DNA from: an uncultured Nitrososphaerales archaeon
GTDB lineage: Archaea; Thermoproteota; Nitrososphaeria; Nitrososphaerales; Nitrososphaeraceae
Direction of reading: 5' to 3'
Assembly: GCA_963709405.1 (NCBI GenBank)
Contig: CAVPXM010000047.1
Span: forward strand, 1 to 64,000
DNA length: 64,000 bases
Made by a program: the position numbers and the translations under genes. The first letter of the stretch is position 1, and each line of letters opens with the position of its first letter. Positions 51,165 to 61,855 of this stretch are shown here, one piece after another. The notes below the pieces were generated by a model, which ran no database searches, had not been told where the DNA came from, and worked only from the letters and a program-made list of their open reading frames with translations.

Positions 51165-54100
51165 TCATACCTTCTCCCTCGCTATCAATCGTGGTGCTAC
51201 GTTCAGGCTCATCATCTCCTGCAGTAGTAATTTAAAGGCATATGCGATGATTACAGAAGAGATTTTTCCCTTCTCCCCATCAACTCTACATACGTATCTG
51301 CGTTGCTTTACGTCAAAATATGCCAAAAGTCCGCACCGTTCGCAAATATTCACTTCAGCCTTATCAGACTCTTCAAGCAATCGGTCCTTCAACATCATCG
51401 ATGCACCGTATGCAATGAGACAATCCCTTTCCATTTCTCCGAATCTAAGCCCACCGCCGCGTGCTCTTCCTTCAGTAGGCTGTTTTGTGAGCATTTGAAC
51501 TTGTCCTCTGGCTCTACTGTGAATTTTATCTGCAACCATATGATGTAGCTTTTGATAATATACCACTCCGATGTAAACATCTGCGGGAAACCTCTTGCCG
51601 GTTCTTCCATCATACATTATTTCTTTCCCGCTATAATCAAAGCCATACTGTGCCATAACATCCTTAATATCGTCCAATTTTTCACCCAAGAAAGCAGATC
51701 CGTCAACGATTTTGCCTCTCAAAGATGCGGCCTTTCCCCCCAGTGATTCCATAAATTGTCCTACAGTCATTCTCGAAGGAAACGCATGAGGATTTATCAT
51801 GATATCTGGCACAACACCCTCTGCTGTGTAGGGAAGATCTTCTTGACTCACGAGCATTCCTACGACTCCTTTTTGTCCATGCCTTGAAGCAAATTTGTCT
51901 CCTATTTCTGGTATTCTCATGTCACGCACTCTTATTTTGAACATTTTCCCACCTTCAACGGATTGAGTCATAATTACTGTATCGACAACGCCGTTTTCTG
52001 ATGGTCGAACACCAACTGAAGTATCTCTTCTGTAGGGGCCTTTCACTTCAAATTCCTTATACTCTTCCATAAACCTTGGAGGAGATGTTCTGCCTATGAG
52101 TATGTCTCCTCCACTCACAACAGCTTCGTGCATAATCGCACCGTCCTGTTCCAATAATCGATAAGCTTTCTCACCCCTATAGCCTCTAATATTTGCGTCG
52201 GACAACGGGAGTTCGAAGTTATCCTTCATCCCACCAGGATATTGCTTTGCTTCCGCTTCATATACCCGATAAAAAAATGTCCTGCCTAGGCCTCGGTCCA
52301 CTGAAGACTTGTTAAATACGATAGCATCTTCGATATTGTAGCCTTCAAATGGTAGGACTGCAACTATCGCATTTTGTCCTGTGGGCCGCTCATCCAATCC
52401 TAGCAAATTTATTGCTTTTGTATTAACCACCGGAATTTGAGGATATAACATAAAATGCTGTCTAACATAGGTACTCGCATTCATCAGAGGCGTAGAAAAT
52501 CCGAGGCTCTGCTTCGCCATTGCACTTTCGTAGGTGTTTCTTGGTGATTGATTATGTTCTGGATATGGTATGATAGAAGCTCCCACGCCCAGAATCGCAG
52601 ATGGGAATATTTCTACGTGAGTGTGAGCATTATCCATTTTCGACGCATCGATTGCAATATAGCAATTTTCTTCCTCATTGGCATCCACTAGTTCTATAAT
52701 TCCCATATACAGGAGATCAGACCAAGATAGAAATTTCTTAGTGACCTTGTCAATTATCTCATTAGTCATAAGTGGCTTACCTTCCTTGACAACGGCCAGG
52801 GGTCTCAAGACTCTTCCAGCATTGCAGCTGATATACATCCGTTTAGTTGCATTTTCGTTAAAGGTGGAGTAGAAATAAATACCGACGTGTGGATAAATTT
52901 TGCCTGCTCTCCTCATCGTTCTTAAAGTATGTGCCAAATGTTCACCATCCTCCGCGTAGCCTATCAGTTGACCATCAACAAAAATTCTAGTGCCAATTTT
53001 CTTGAGAGGCTCCTTAGCCTCATCAATATGTTCTACTCCAAGCTCAAATAGCTTCTCGACAATTTCCGCTGGTGGAGCGCTGACAGATATAATTGCAGAT
53101 AGAGCCAAATTCTTAACTAGACCACAATTTGAACCCTCTGGTGTCTCAGCTGGACAAATTCTACCAAAATGAGTAGCATGCAAGTCCCGTGCTTCAAAAT
53201 TGGGTTGACTTCTGCTCAATGGAGACTGAATTCTACGCAAATGACTTATCGTTGACATATAGTTTGTTCGATCAAGCAGCTGTGTGACACCGACTCGCCC
53301 TCTTCCCCAATTGCCAGTTGCGATAGCATTATTTAGTTTGTCAGAGATTATTCCTGGTCTAACCGCGGCCGCGACAGCGTTAATTCCACGTTTCTGACCG
53401 GATCTCTCGAGTTGATATTTCATGTCTCTTATCAAATTTCTAAATGCGGTTCGAAATAAATCCGCTAACATTTGGCCTGCAAATTTTATCACTTTATTGC
53501 CGTAGTGATCCTTGTCGTCTGAATCTATCCAACCCATTTTTAATTCAATCAACTTACTCGCAGCCTCCCCAAGGAAAAGCGCTTTTTCATGCCGATTATC
53601 CGGATTTTTGCCGAGATGTGGGAGTAAACCCCAATCAAGAAGAGTCTCCGCTCTTTTTATCTGGAACTCTTCAAGCATTCCAGGAGCAATCCTCTTACTT
53701 ATGTATATTATGGCATCTTGGCTCGTGATAACGTCACCCGCCTTCTCGAAGGAAGGTTCTAACTCATCTTGAATGATTCCGTTTAAAGATACTGCATTTG
53801 CAATGTCCTTATCTGATTCGAGTCCTAATGCCCTAATCAGCGTGACTAGCGGTATATCCACAGGAGAACCAGGAATTTTAGCAACAACAGAGCCGTCAGG
53901 CCTCATGATCAATTCTAGCTTAGCTCTATAGCCAACTATTGAGGAATAGACCTTTGCCTTGTAGAGCAGTGTTCCAGTTGTTTCTTCCGCATCAACTATT
54001 ATCTTATTGTACGAAAGATCTTCTAGCCCAACTATTACGCGCTCGGAGCCATTGATCACAAAATAACCCCCAGGATCTTTAGAATCCTCGCCCATTTCTA

Positions 54101-54515
54101 TCAACTTAGGTTCAGGTAAATTATGCAATATGCACGCATTTGACTTCACCATGACCGGCATGTCACCTACATGAATAAATCTTGATTCGAGTATTTTACC
54201 GTCCTCAACTATACTTGACTCAAGCATAATTGGAGAAGCATATGTTAAATTTCGAAGTCTCGCTTCCATAGGCGCTACGTGGGTTATAGATCCATCCAGT
54301 TCCATGATTCTCGGCTGTTGCAGCTTTATCTTGCCAAGTTTAATCTTGTATGGATATTCGGCCGTTTCGATTTCGATCTCTCCAACCTCGTCAATTATGC
54401 TCTGTAAACCTCGTTCCATAAATTCGTTATATGAATTTAAGTGCTGGCGAGCAACCCCTTCTCGTCTCAAAATATCATTAATAATTGGCCACATTCCAAG
54501 CAATTCAGTCATCAA
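51165..54515 (-). CDS. rpoB: RNA polymerase subunit B (unsplit)
   Basis: GGYFVING, ETPEG, GDKFASRHGQKG, GLRFGEMERD. Confidence 0.98.
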   Translation of the reverse strand: MMTELLGMWPIINDILRREGVARQHLNSYNEFMERGLQSIIDEVGEIEIETAEYPYKIKLGKIKLQQPRIMELDGSITHVAPMEARLRNLTYASPIMLESSIVEDGKILESRFIHVGDMPVMVKSNACILHNLPEPKLIEMGEDSKDPGGYFVINGSERVIVGLEDLSYNKIIVDAEETTGTLLYKAKVYSSIVGYRAKLELIMRPDGSVVAKIPGSPVDIPLVTLIRALGLESDKDIANAVSLNGIIQDELEPSFEKAGDVITSQDAIIYISKRIAPGMLEEFQIKRAETLLDWGLLPHLGKNPDNRHEKALFLGEAASKLIELKMGWIDSDDKDHYGNKVIKFAGQMLADLFRTAFRNLIRDMKYQLERSGQKRGINAVAAAVRPGIISDKLNNAIATGNWGRGRVGVTQLLDRTNYMSTISHLRRIQSPLSRSQPNFEARDLHATHFGRICPAETPEGSNCGLVKNLALSAIISVSAPPAEIVEKLFELGVEHIDEAKEPLKKIGTRIFVDGQLIGYAEDGEHLAHTLRTMRRAGKIYPHVGIYFYSTFNENATKRMYISCNAGRVLRPLAVVKEGKPLMTNEIIDKVTKKFLSWSDLLYMGIIELVDANEEENCYIAIDASKMDNAHTHVEIFPSAILGVGASIIPYPEHNQSPRNTYESAMAKQSLGFSTPLMNASTYVRQHFMLYPQIPVVNTKAINLLGLDERPTGQNAIVAVLPFEGYNIEDAIVFNKSSVDRGLGRTFFYRVYEAEAKQYPGGMKDNFELPLSDANIRGYRGEKAYRLLEQDGAIMHEAVVSGGDILIGRTSPPRFMEEYKEFEVKGPYRRDTSVGVRPSENGVVDTVIMTQSVEGGKMFKIRVRDMRIPEIGDKFASRHGQKGVVGMLVSQEDLPYTAEGVVPDIMINPHAFPSRMTVGQFMESLGGKAASLRGKIVDGSAFLGEKLDDIKDVMAQYGFDYSGKEIMYDGRTGKRFPADVYIGVVYYQKLHHMVADKIHSRARGQVQMLTKQPTEGRARGGGLRFGEMERDCLIAYGASMMLKDRLLEESDKAEVNICERCGLLAYFDVKQRRYVCRVDGEKGKISSVIIAYAFKLLLQEMMSLNVAPRLIAREKV

Positions 54516-54519
54516 ATAT

Positions 54520-54771
54520 CTAGCCTTCTACGACGTAGCGGTAATATACACTTTCACCTGCGGTTGGGCTCTTTCTTGTTATTTTTATAATGTCTCCGGG
54601 ACGTACCTCAAGATCCTCTATTCCTTTATCAGTCGTCGTGATATAAGGTAGCTGGCTAGGCTTTGCGTTAAATTTTCTTAACACTTCCTCTGCCAATTCC
54701 TTTGGCAATATTTCGTGCTTTGGCTGATAAACGTGATCAGTTATCGTTATGACTTTCTTTTCTGATGACAT
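54520..54771 (-). CDS. rpoH: RNA polymerase subunit H (Rpo5)
   Basis: HVYQPKHEI, QLPYI, RKSPTAG...YYRYV. Confidence 0.96.
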   Translation of the reverse strand: MSSEKKVITITDHVYQPKHEILPKELAEEVLRKFNAKPSQLPYITTTDKGIEDLEVRPGDIIKITRKSPTAGESVYYRYVVEG

Positions 54772-54964
54772 CTTTTTATGATCCTCCTATAGTAGCCTTG
54801 TACGACAAATGCCATGGTAGAAAATTTTGAGTGAACACTAAGAGGAGGGAGAGCAAGATATCACATATAAGTGATATCGATTAAATGTCATTAAAGCCTC
54901 ATAACAAAAAACCAAAAGAGGTAAGTTAGATGATCATTTGAGCATTTCAGAAGAAATGATTATT

Positions 54965-56143
54965 TTATGCATTTGTGTCAAATTCGGATTTAACAAAAAT
55001 AATGTCTGCGTCCGAGATTATAAGGATCTTATGATTTTTTCCATGCTTCGCTATCAAGCGATCTAACACTTCTTTGCTTCCACTGTATGGTATTAAGCCT
55101 AATTTCATATTTAGATAATATTGTGGGAGTGTCGACAAAATACCCAGGTCATAGTGTAATTTCAACTCTCGCAAGTACAAGAGATGCTCTAGTCCCTCAA
55201 CATACGAGAGACCATTAAGAGCTGATTCTGCCTCAATTCGACCCTCCACAAAATCCCGGAGCACGCCACTACCTAAGCCTTGAATGTTCTCTGCCAATAA
55301 CACAGCTGAACCATTCTTTTTTACTAGATGTATCGAGTTCCATAGCGAGTTTAAAGAACACGAAAGAGTCTGATGCGGTCCTTCCTCATCACTCGCGCTA
55401 ATAATCGCTGAACTAGTCCTGATCTCGTCACTCACAATTATTGAAGATAAATGGCCAATTGCATTGTTAAATGCCTTAACCACATCATCATAATAAATGG
55501 CGGAAATTCCACACGAATTAGCTATCACTTCAATACACTCAGTCCTCATGTCGCTGAATGCTGAAAGTGCAACATCCAAGGGTGGTCCCACAACTCCTGG
55601 TGTTGGTAAATTCGTTACCCTTGAATTATAAGCTTTTGTCATCTTATCTGGATTATAATTTCGAAGTAGCGTTGTGGGTGCACCACTAAATCCAAACAAT
55701 GGATCATACTTTGTATGAGAAATCATTAAGACTCGTTGAAATTTTTTAAACTTTTCGCCTAATGGCTCTGAATCAATTCTGTCTATAATAAAATCCTTAT
55801 TAGAAATATTTGCGCGTAATACTTCAAGACATCTGGAAAAAGTCTGGATCGATATCTTTGATAAATCTATCGATTTATTGAGATCTAGAATGGTATCGAC
55901 GACTTTGGCTACCGACTTTGAGCTGTCTAATAGAAGAATAAGGGTACTGCTATCCAACTTTACCCTGCTGAGAATATCCCTTATTTTGTCATCGGTTAGA
56001 AGGTCTAGATTCGATGAAATATGCTTTAAAAGATTCTCGAACCTGATGTCGAGTACTATATATGTATGTCCGTACTTGAGCCATATTTCAGGCATCAAGA
56101 AGCAATGATGTAAAGTTAAAATAAATCTGTTTCCGTTCAACAC
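54965..56143 (-). CDS. Divergent LarA/DUF2088-like protein; probable start MPEIWLKYG
   Basis: N-terminal IWLKYG, FGFSGAP (compare LarA AGFSGG), VKKNGSAVLLAENIQGLG (compare VKxGGxIILxAECxxGxG). Confidence 0.6.
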   Translation of the reverse strand: MLNGNRFILTLHHCFLMPEIWLKYGHTYIVLDIRFENLLKHISSNLDLLTDDKIRDILSRVKLDSSTLILLLDSSKSVAKVVDTILDLNKSIDLSKISIQTFSRCLEVLRANISNKDFIIDRIDSEPLGEKFKKFQRVLMISHTKYDPLFGFSGAPTTLLRNYNPDKMTKAYNSRVTNLPTPGVVGPPLDVALSAFSDMRTECIEVIANSCGISAIYYDDVVKAFNNAIGHLSSIIVSDEIRTSSAIISASDEEGPHQTLSCSLNSLWNSIHLVKKNGSAVLLAENIQGLGSGVLRDFVEGRIEAESALNGLSYVEGLEHLLYLRELKLHYDLGILSTLPQYYLNMKLGLIPYSGSKEVLDRLIAKHGKNHKILIISDADIIFVKSEFDTNA

Positions 56144-56621
56144 CTATTTGACATTGCGTTCCATATTGCTTGTCTCTTGTTTTGGAGTTTCCTCTTAATC
56201 CACATTTACATCTAGAAAATTCACCCGGTTAGTAGTAGCTCAGCAATAATTCGATAACTCTCTCACTCTACTTCCTCAAACTTAGCCCCTCTATTATTAT
56301 ATACTTGCAAGGGCAAAGAAATATGGACTCACTTATTCATGGCTATATCCGCATGAAACGCCATGAAAGAGATAATTAAATTAGGTAACATGCTACAGGT
56401 CCTGACCAATAACTCGACGTCCTAGCTGTATAACGACGCTAGGGTAAAAAAAATTTAGCCTGTAGTTTTAAGGCTGCATCAAGTAGTGCAAACCAAATGC
56501 TGTTATTCAAGCTTTATAGTAAACAGATATTCTTTGCATTTAGTTTCTAGGATGACTGAACTGCTCCTGTGGATATGAACATTTATTTCATTACAAGAAA
56601 ACAGCATCAAGTCAGGTATCG

Positions 56622-57186
56622 TTAACTTTCGTATATCATTAAATTCTTTTCTTCCAGCAAAGTATGCAAATTATGTACTGCTCTATATACCTCACTTTCT
56701 TTTTTTGCGCCAGTACAGACTAACTTTCCGCTCGCAAATAACAAGATCACAGTTTTTGGATCTAACATCCTGTGTATCAGGCCAGGAAACTGCTCCGGTT
56801 CATACATACTTCTCGGAAGTACTCTGGCAGCTCAGCTCTAAGTGAATTTTACCACCTAGGCTCGCAGAGGCTACTATATTCTGAATTTCTATTTGTGGTT
56901 CGTGCTCTATAGGTATTCCCCCTTTCTTTAATTTCTGAACTACGTTCTTTACTGCTTTTATTGCTTGGTCCTCTGACTTTGCGCCAGTGCATACCATCTT
57001 CCCAGAGCTGAAAATTAACGTAGCTGTTTTTGGCGATTTCAATCTGAACACTAATCCGGGAAATTGATCTGGATGATACTCAACATCTGGAAAAATTTGA
57101 GTAATAAGATTTAGATTCACGGTTTGATTCACAGTAGCCGAAGCTACAACATTTTCAATGCTAACGATGGGCTTGGTTTGTGGCAT
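56622..57186 (-). CDS. tbp: TATA-box-binding protein; frameshift near 56830
   Basis: [30 protein letters not shown] and second repeat YEPEQFPGL...[12 protein letters not shown]. Confidence 0.97.
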
Positions 57187-57566
57187 ACTATAAGGGGGTT
57201 TATATATAGGCAATATATATACTGTTTATAATATCATTATAGTAGATTTTAACATGGATTTTGAATCCCCATAAAAGTTTTAGAATACATAAGGTTACCG
57301 GACTGCGGCGACTAAACAAATCAATCATTCTATTATCTTAGAATTATCATGGCTAAGTAAACCGAATTTCGAGTTCGTGATAAGAGAATGCTCACTCAGA
57401 TTAATTTTAACACAAAAAGAGAATCTAATAGAAAGCTTCAACCTTTACGATCAGTGTTTGGTTATAACGCTAGACATGTGGTATAGCTTCTGCTGAAAGT
57501 CTAATTCCCAATATTTCATCTCACTGTCCGAAACTCCTTTGCTGTGTGAGTGTTTTTTCGACGTAA

Positions 57567-58520
57567 TCAAGCGTAAATATATCTTGAGCTTAATTTCAAT
57601 AATCTATTATTTGTCAAAAAAGAACACTCTCTCAACTCGTGCTTCAGAGCGTCCTTAATCACGAAGAGCTGTAGAACAAACAGTGATTGTAGCAACACAT
57701 TGAGAAAATTCTGAGGCGAACAATCAAAATCACATATTGTAATATTCAATCCGGTATAACCAGCCCGAAATAGCTTGGGTTTTCTGAAAAAATTGCTTCC
57801 GTTATCAAGTATTATTATCCGATCCGTCTTTCTAACCCCAAAAATTGGTGCATGAAAAAACTCGTCTACAGTATATGGATAAGATCTTATTCCGATAACT
57901 TCGTTTACCTTTAATGCCCCGTAAATAGCAATGGGGAACAAAATACCACTGCCCAGAATTATGTACGAACTAAAATTTCGTGCACTAATAATCTTGCTGC
58001 TTATTTTGTCCGCCACTTCAAAAATGGAGGTTAGATCAGGTAGTCGATCAATTCTCCTGAGAAGCGAGAGACAGGCGAGAACACAAGCACTAAACCCTAC
58101 CGAGCCAGAAGTAGTGATGCCCGTACTTCGATAGTTTAGCTCAATCACTTCATCGCAAATGTTTGCTAGTTTACTCTTGGGATACCTAGTAATGGCAACG
58201 GTTTTTACATTCTTCCTTTTTGCGAGTCTTGCTGCCAAAATATTATCGAGCGTGTTCCCAGAAATCGATATAAAATATGCAGTCTTGTTTTTTAGGATAT
58301 CAGGATCAGCCAATATGTCAGTGGGGAAACATGATCGTGCCATATGACTGGAAGCATACTGTGCAATAAGGGCTGCTACATGAGAGTCTCCCGATCCGAC
58401 GAACAGGCAATTTTCAGCTCTATCGGAAATCTTGAGATTCAATCCGATAAGGTCTTCCAGTTGATACCTTACTTCAATGTACATCGCGAGAAGGGAATCC
58501 ATGAGAAGGTAATTATACAT
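57567..58520 (-). CDS. SIS-domain sugar isomerase (GlmS C-terminal-like)
   Basis: FVGSGDS, ISISGNT, YGALKVNE, EFFHAP. Confidence 0.8.
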   Translation of the reverse strand: MYNYLLMDSLLAMYIEVRYQLEDLIGLNLKISDRAENCLFVGSGDSHVAALIAQYASSHMARSCFPTDILADPDILKNKTAYFISISGNTLDNILAARLAKRKNVKTVAITRYPKSKLANICDEVIELNYRSTGITTSGSVGFSACVLACLSLLRRIDRLPDLTSIFEVADKISSKIISARNFSSYIILGSGILFPIAIYGALKVNEVIGIRSYPYTVDEFFHAPIFGVRKTDRIIILDNGSNFFRKPKLFRAGYTGLNITICDFDCSPQNFLNVLLQSLFVLQLFVIKDALKHELRECSFLTNNRLLKLSSRYIYA

Positions 58521-58656
58521 CCTCCATTTATGATTTTCATGAATGTGAATTTTTTAGGTTGAATTGATCGGGCCCATTCCATAACCCGTTAGTCAGCGAC
58601 TTTGCTTGGCTTAAAATAAGACAAGAATATTTAGTACTAAATCGATTAATGTAATT

Positions 58657-59082
58657 ATGGTTAATTACTATCAAATCTTACAGGTTAATCCTTCTGCAAC
58701 ACCGAATGAAATAAAACAGTCCTTCCGCAATCTAGCACTAAAATATCATCCTGACAAGAACAAGAATTCTGAGGATTCAAAAGAGAAATTTATGCAAATC
58801 ATAGAGGCTTATGAAGTCCTTTCTGACGAGTACGCAAGGAAGAGGTATGATTTTGCTAATTCGCAAAGTCGATCTAACCAAGTTGGCCAAAGATGGGTGC
58901 CTTCAGCAGATTTCCATAAAGTCTATAGCTATTCAGAAATAAAAAAACAATATGCAAGTAACGGGATAACTGGCGGGATGTGGGACATAAATGAAAGAAC
59001 TAGCAGTGGGTTGTGGAAGGCTACGATGGTTTTATTTGGAGGCCTTGCAGTTATGGTGACGATTATAATCCTGTCTCATTGA
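58657..59082 (+). CDS. J-domain protein with a C-terminal TM helix
   Basis: [22 protein letters not shown]. Confidence 0.9.
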   Translation: MVNYYQILQVNPSATPNEIKQSFRNLALKYHPDKNKNSEDSKEKFMQIIEAYEVLSDEYARKRYDFANSQSRSNQVGQRWVPSADFHKVYSYSEIKKQYASNGITGGMWDINERTSSGLWKATMVLFGGLAVMVTIIILSH

Positions 59083-59299
59083 TGCCAGTCAGTGTTAATG
59101 CTTCCTTAGCTCATTTTTTGATCCGACCGAAAAGGCCGAGCTGATACTTACTATTTGGTCCTAGAAATAAGGTGATTTACTAAAGTTCCCTTGTCATGGC
59201 GTGTGTATGCCAAGAATGGGCGTTCCACATATTGTTCATCTTCAATTTAGGATTCGAGCTCAAAAGAATTAAAAGAGGTAACATGAAATTGTCTCTAAA

Positions 59300-59596
59300 A
59301 TGCGCGTAATCGCTATGGGAAGTCGTGTCTTTGTGACTAGTTTTCAACTAGCCGGTGTGGAAGGAATTAAGGTATCTTCTTCTGCTCAAATATTAGGCGA
59401 AATTAACAAATTAAGATCATCCGAGGACGTGGGCCTGATTCTTCTGAGTGATGACATGGCAAAGGAGATTCGGTTTCAACTTACTGATATGAGATCAAAA
59501 AGACCTATTCCTCTAATTTTCGAATTACCAGCTCCTGGGAGCACGAAACAAAGCGTCGATTACAGAGCTTTACTTAAGCAGATCTTGGGTGTCTAG
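59300..59596 (+). CDS. atpF: A/V-type ATP synthase subunit F
   Basis: FVTSFQLAGVEG, PLIFELP. Confidence 0.85.
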   Translation: MRVIAMGSRVFVTSFQLAGVEGIKVSSSAQILGEINKLRSSEDVGLILLSDDMAKEIRFQLTDMRSKRPIPLIFELPAPGSTKQSVDYRALLKQILGV

Positions 59597-59625
59597 TTCT
59601 GTATAAGTTTAATTCCATCATCTAA

Positions 59626-60411
59626 TTATTGACTGGCATATCTCCAATGAGCTCCCTTCCTCCCGAATATTAGATAAGCTGTATGTCCCACCATCCTCAT
59701 CGATGGTCTTGTCATTCCTTCCCTCGCCTCAATGGTTCTTATTAACACTTCACTACAATCGATATCCACATAATCATTATTTTGAAGTGCTATAGCAGTT
59801 TTTTCGACCTGATTAATTGTGGGACAAATCGCTACAAAAGCTCCACTTTGTTTTAATGCCTCGTAAACCTGTACAACTACCGTCCACGGGTCGCCTAGGT
59901 CAACTATTGCTACGTCAAAATCCTTCTCATTGATTCCCTGCCTGGCGTCAAGTTCAATAAGTGTCACAAATTCCGACATACCAGCCTTGCTTAAATTTCG
60001 CTTTGCAATAACTATTGAATCATGGTTAATATCATAAGAGTAAATGTGACCGGTCGGCTTAACTATACTAGCGAGGAATGTGGTCAAAGCTCCACTTCCG
60101 GTTCCAACCTCAAGAACCTGCGATCCATTCATCAGTCCAGTTCTTACGACAATATACCCGAGATCTTTTGGATACACAATTTGCGTTCGCCGTTCTGATT
60201 TCATTATAAAATCGTGCATTGTGGGCTTGATGAGATAGATGACTTTGCCCAAGGGAGTCTCCAAAGCTGCTCCATAATCCATCCCAATTATTGATGGTAT
60301 GTCTATAACTCCGAGATGAGTATGCAGTTTTTTTTCTGATGTTACCTTAATTAGCCATTTCTTACTTCGATTATGAAATAACAGTACGTAGGATCCTTCT
60401 TCGATCTTCAT
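59626..60411 (-). CDS. trmI: tRNA (adenine-N1)-methyltransferase TrmI
   Basis: RRTQIVYPKD, EVGTGSGALT, DLGDPW, MVGHTAY. Confidence 0.95.
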   Translation of the reverse strand: MKIEEGSYVLLFHNRSKKWLIKVTSEKKLHTHLGVIDIPSIIGMDYGAALETPLGKVIYLIKPTMHDFIMKSERRTQIVYPKDLGYIVVRTGLMNGSQVLEVGTGSGALTTFLASIVKPTGHIYSYDINHDSIVIAKRNLSKAGMSEFVTLIELDARQGINEKDFDVAIVDLGDPWTVVVQVYEALKQSGAFVAICPTINQVEKTAIALQNNDYVDIDCSEVLIRTIEAREGMTRPSMRMVGHTAYLIFGRKGAHWRYASQ

Positions 60412-60642
60412 ACATGGTTCTCGAGCTAGTTTTAGATGATAAAAATCTTCGTTATTATTATGTGGAGATACGCAATATCAAAATTGGGTATTTGATGATA
60501 ATCTGTTTTTACGAGATGAACATGACAGATAAACCACAGATTAATATTTCATTTTGAATATCCAGCGAATTAAATACCTTCCAATATTAGATAATTCGGA
60601 TTTTTTATACTAATAAATTAACTTGGCAATCTAATCCGAACT

Positions 60643-61158
60643 CTATCCACCGGTTAATCTAATAAACCTATTCTCTTTGCCTAAATGCTTGCCGGCAATA
60701 GCAGCATAATCTAAATTTGCTAGTGCTATATTAGCTGATTTTCTCACCTCCTCATTGGTGTCATTCAATGCACCATTTAGAACATCTCTAGCCTTTTCAG
60801 AGCCTATAACTCCTAATGCAATTGCTGCTTCGTGTCGTACAAAGAAACTGGGATCTGACTCGACTGCATTGGTTAGAGGTTCAATTGCACTTGTAAAACC
60901 CAGTTGTCCCAGGGAGAAAGCTGCTTCGTGTCTGACCAGTGGCTCTACATCTGTTCTAAGAACCTTGCTAATCTCCTCAACTGCTAATTCAGTTGCAATA
61001 TCGGCTAAAATACAAACAGCTCTCGTTCGAATTACTATATCTTGGTGATTGAGAAGCTGCACAAAGTATTTTTCATTACTATTTTCATACTGTCGTTCCA
61101 TCTCCGATAGCGTATTCATCCTATTATTCACCGCGTTGGTTGAGTTGAAAGCATTCAT
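60643..61158 (-). CDS. HEAT-repeat protein with two VRHEAA motifs (half-DOHH-like/PBS lyase HEAT)
   Basis: LVRHEAAFSLGQ and FVRHEAAIALG. Confidence 0.8.
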   Translation of the reverse strand: MNAFNSTNAVNNRMNTLSEMERQYENSNEKYFVQLLNHQDIVIRTRAVCILADIATELAVEEISKVLRTDVEPLVRHEAAFSLGQLGFTSAIEPLTNAVESDPSFFVRHEAAIALGVIGSEKARDVLNGALNDTNEEVRKSANIALANLDYAAIAGKHLGKENRFIRLTGG

Positions 61159-61261
61159 AATTTCTGTCTAGGTCATTATGAGCGCTTATTTTTTTGTTCC
61201 GATATACCTATTTTGAATTAGCTCGACGATTTTATAAGGACCAAAATTAGATAATATAAAG

Positions 61262-61723
61262 ATGCGAATAAGATATTGGAGATTAGGGATATCAGAGGTT
61301 TTAAAAGCTAGATATCCAGTTGACAAAGTAAATCATTGGGAAATTAAATGCATGTTGGGTGAGTATCAACACTTTGGGGTGTTCTGGTACAAATATGGTA
61401 CTCCATTTGACAAGGAGCTTATTCCAGGAATATGTTTTTATTACAATGAGATTCCTGATACGACAGTGCAAGAAATCGTTCAATTGTTGCATGACAAATT
61501 TGGAGGCGATATTCTATATCGACAAACTAGAGTTTTCTTACGTGGCTCGCGAGAATTTGCTGCATCTGACCAAGTCGGCATGCTAGCAAATCAATTGAGT
61601 CTCAAATTCAACTCTCCAGTCGAAATCAGTATTGAATTTGAAAAGATTACCGAGGAAGAAAAGCAGCAGAATTCTTTGAGCCTACCAACCACTAAAGCAT
61701 TACCAATTGTAGGTCCAGATTAG
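61262..61723 (+). CDS. Hypothetical protein
   Basis: Clean ORF with a TATA-like upstream sequence; true start may be internal. Confidence 0.6.
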   Translation: MRIRYWRLGISEVLKARYPVDKVNHWEIKCMLGEYQHFGVFWYKYGTPFDKELIPGICFYYNEIPDTTVQEIVQLLHDKFGGDILYRQTRVFLRGSREFAASDQVGMLANQLSLKFNSPVEISIEFEKITEEEKQQNSLSLPTTKALPIVGPD

Positions 61724-61855
61724 ATTAGTATCAGGTTTTTTCAAAATTCAACTGCTGAAAAGCACTATTCTGAAGTCCGGCTTCACGTCTGTCGTAAATC
61801 TGGCATACAACACATCCGTACTCTAAGCCCTACTCTAGTTGCAATATTGATATAG

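Noticed and set aside
56420-56453. Hairpin CCTAGC...GCTAGG next to an A-run, a possible terminator or ncRNA
   Set aside because: Only a 6-bp stem, and the T-run precedes the stem on the transcribed minus strand; no recognisable RNA family
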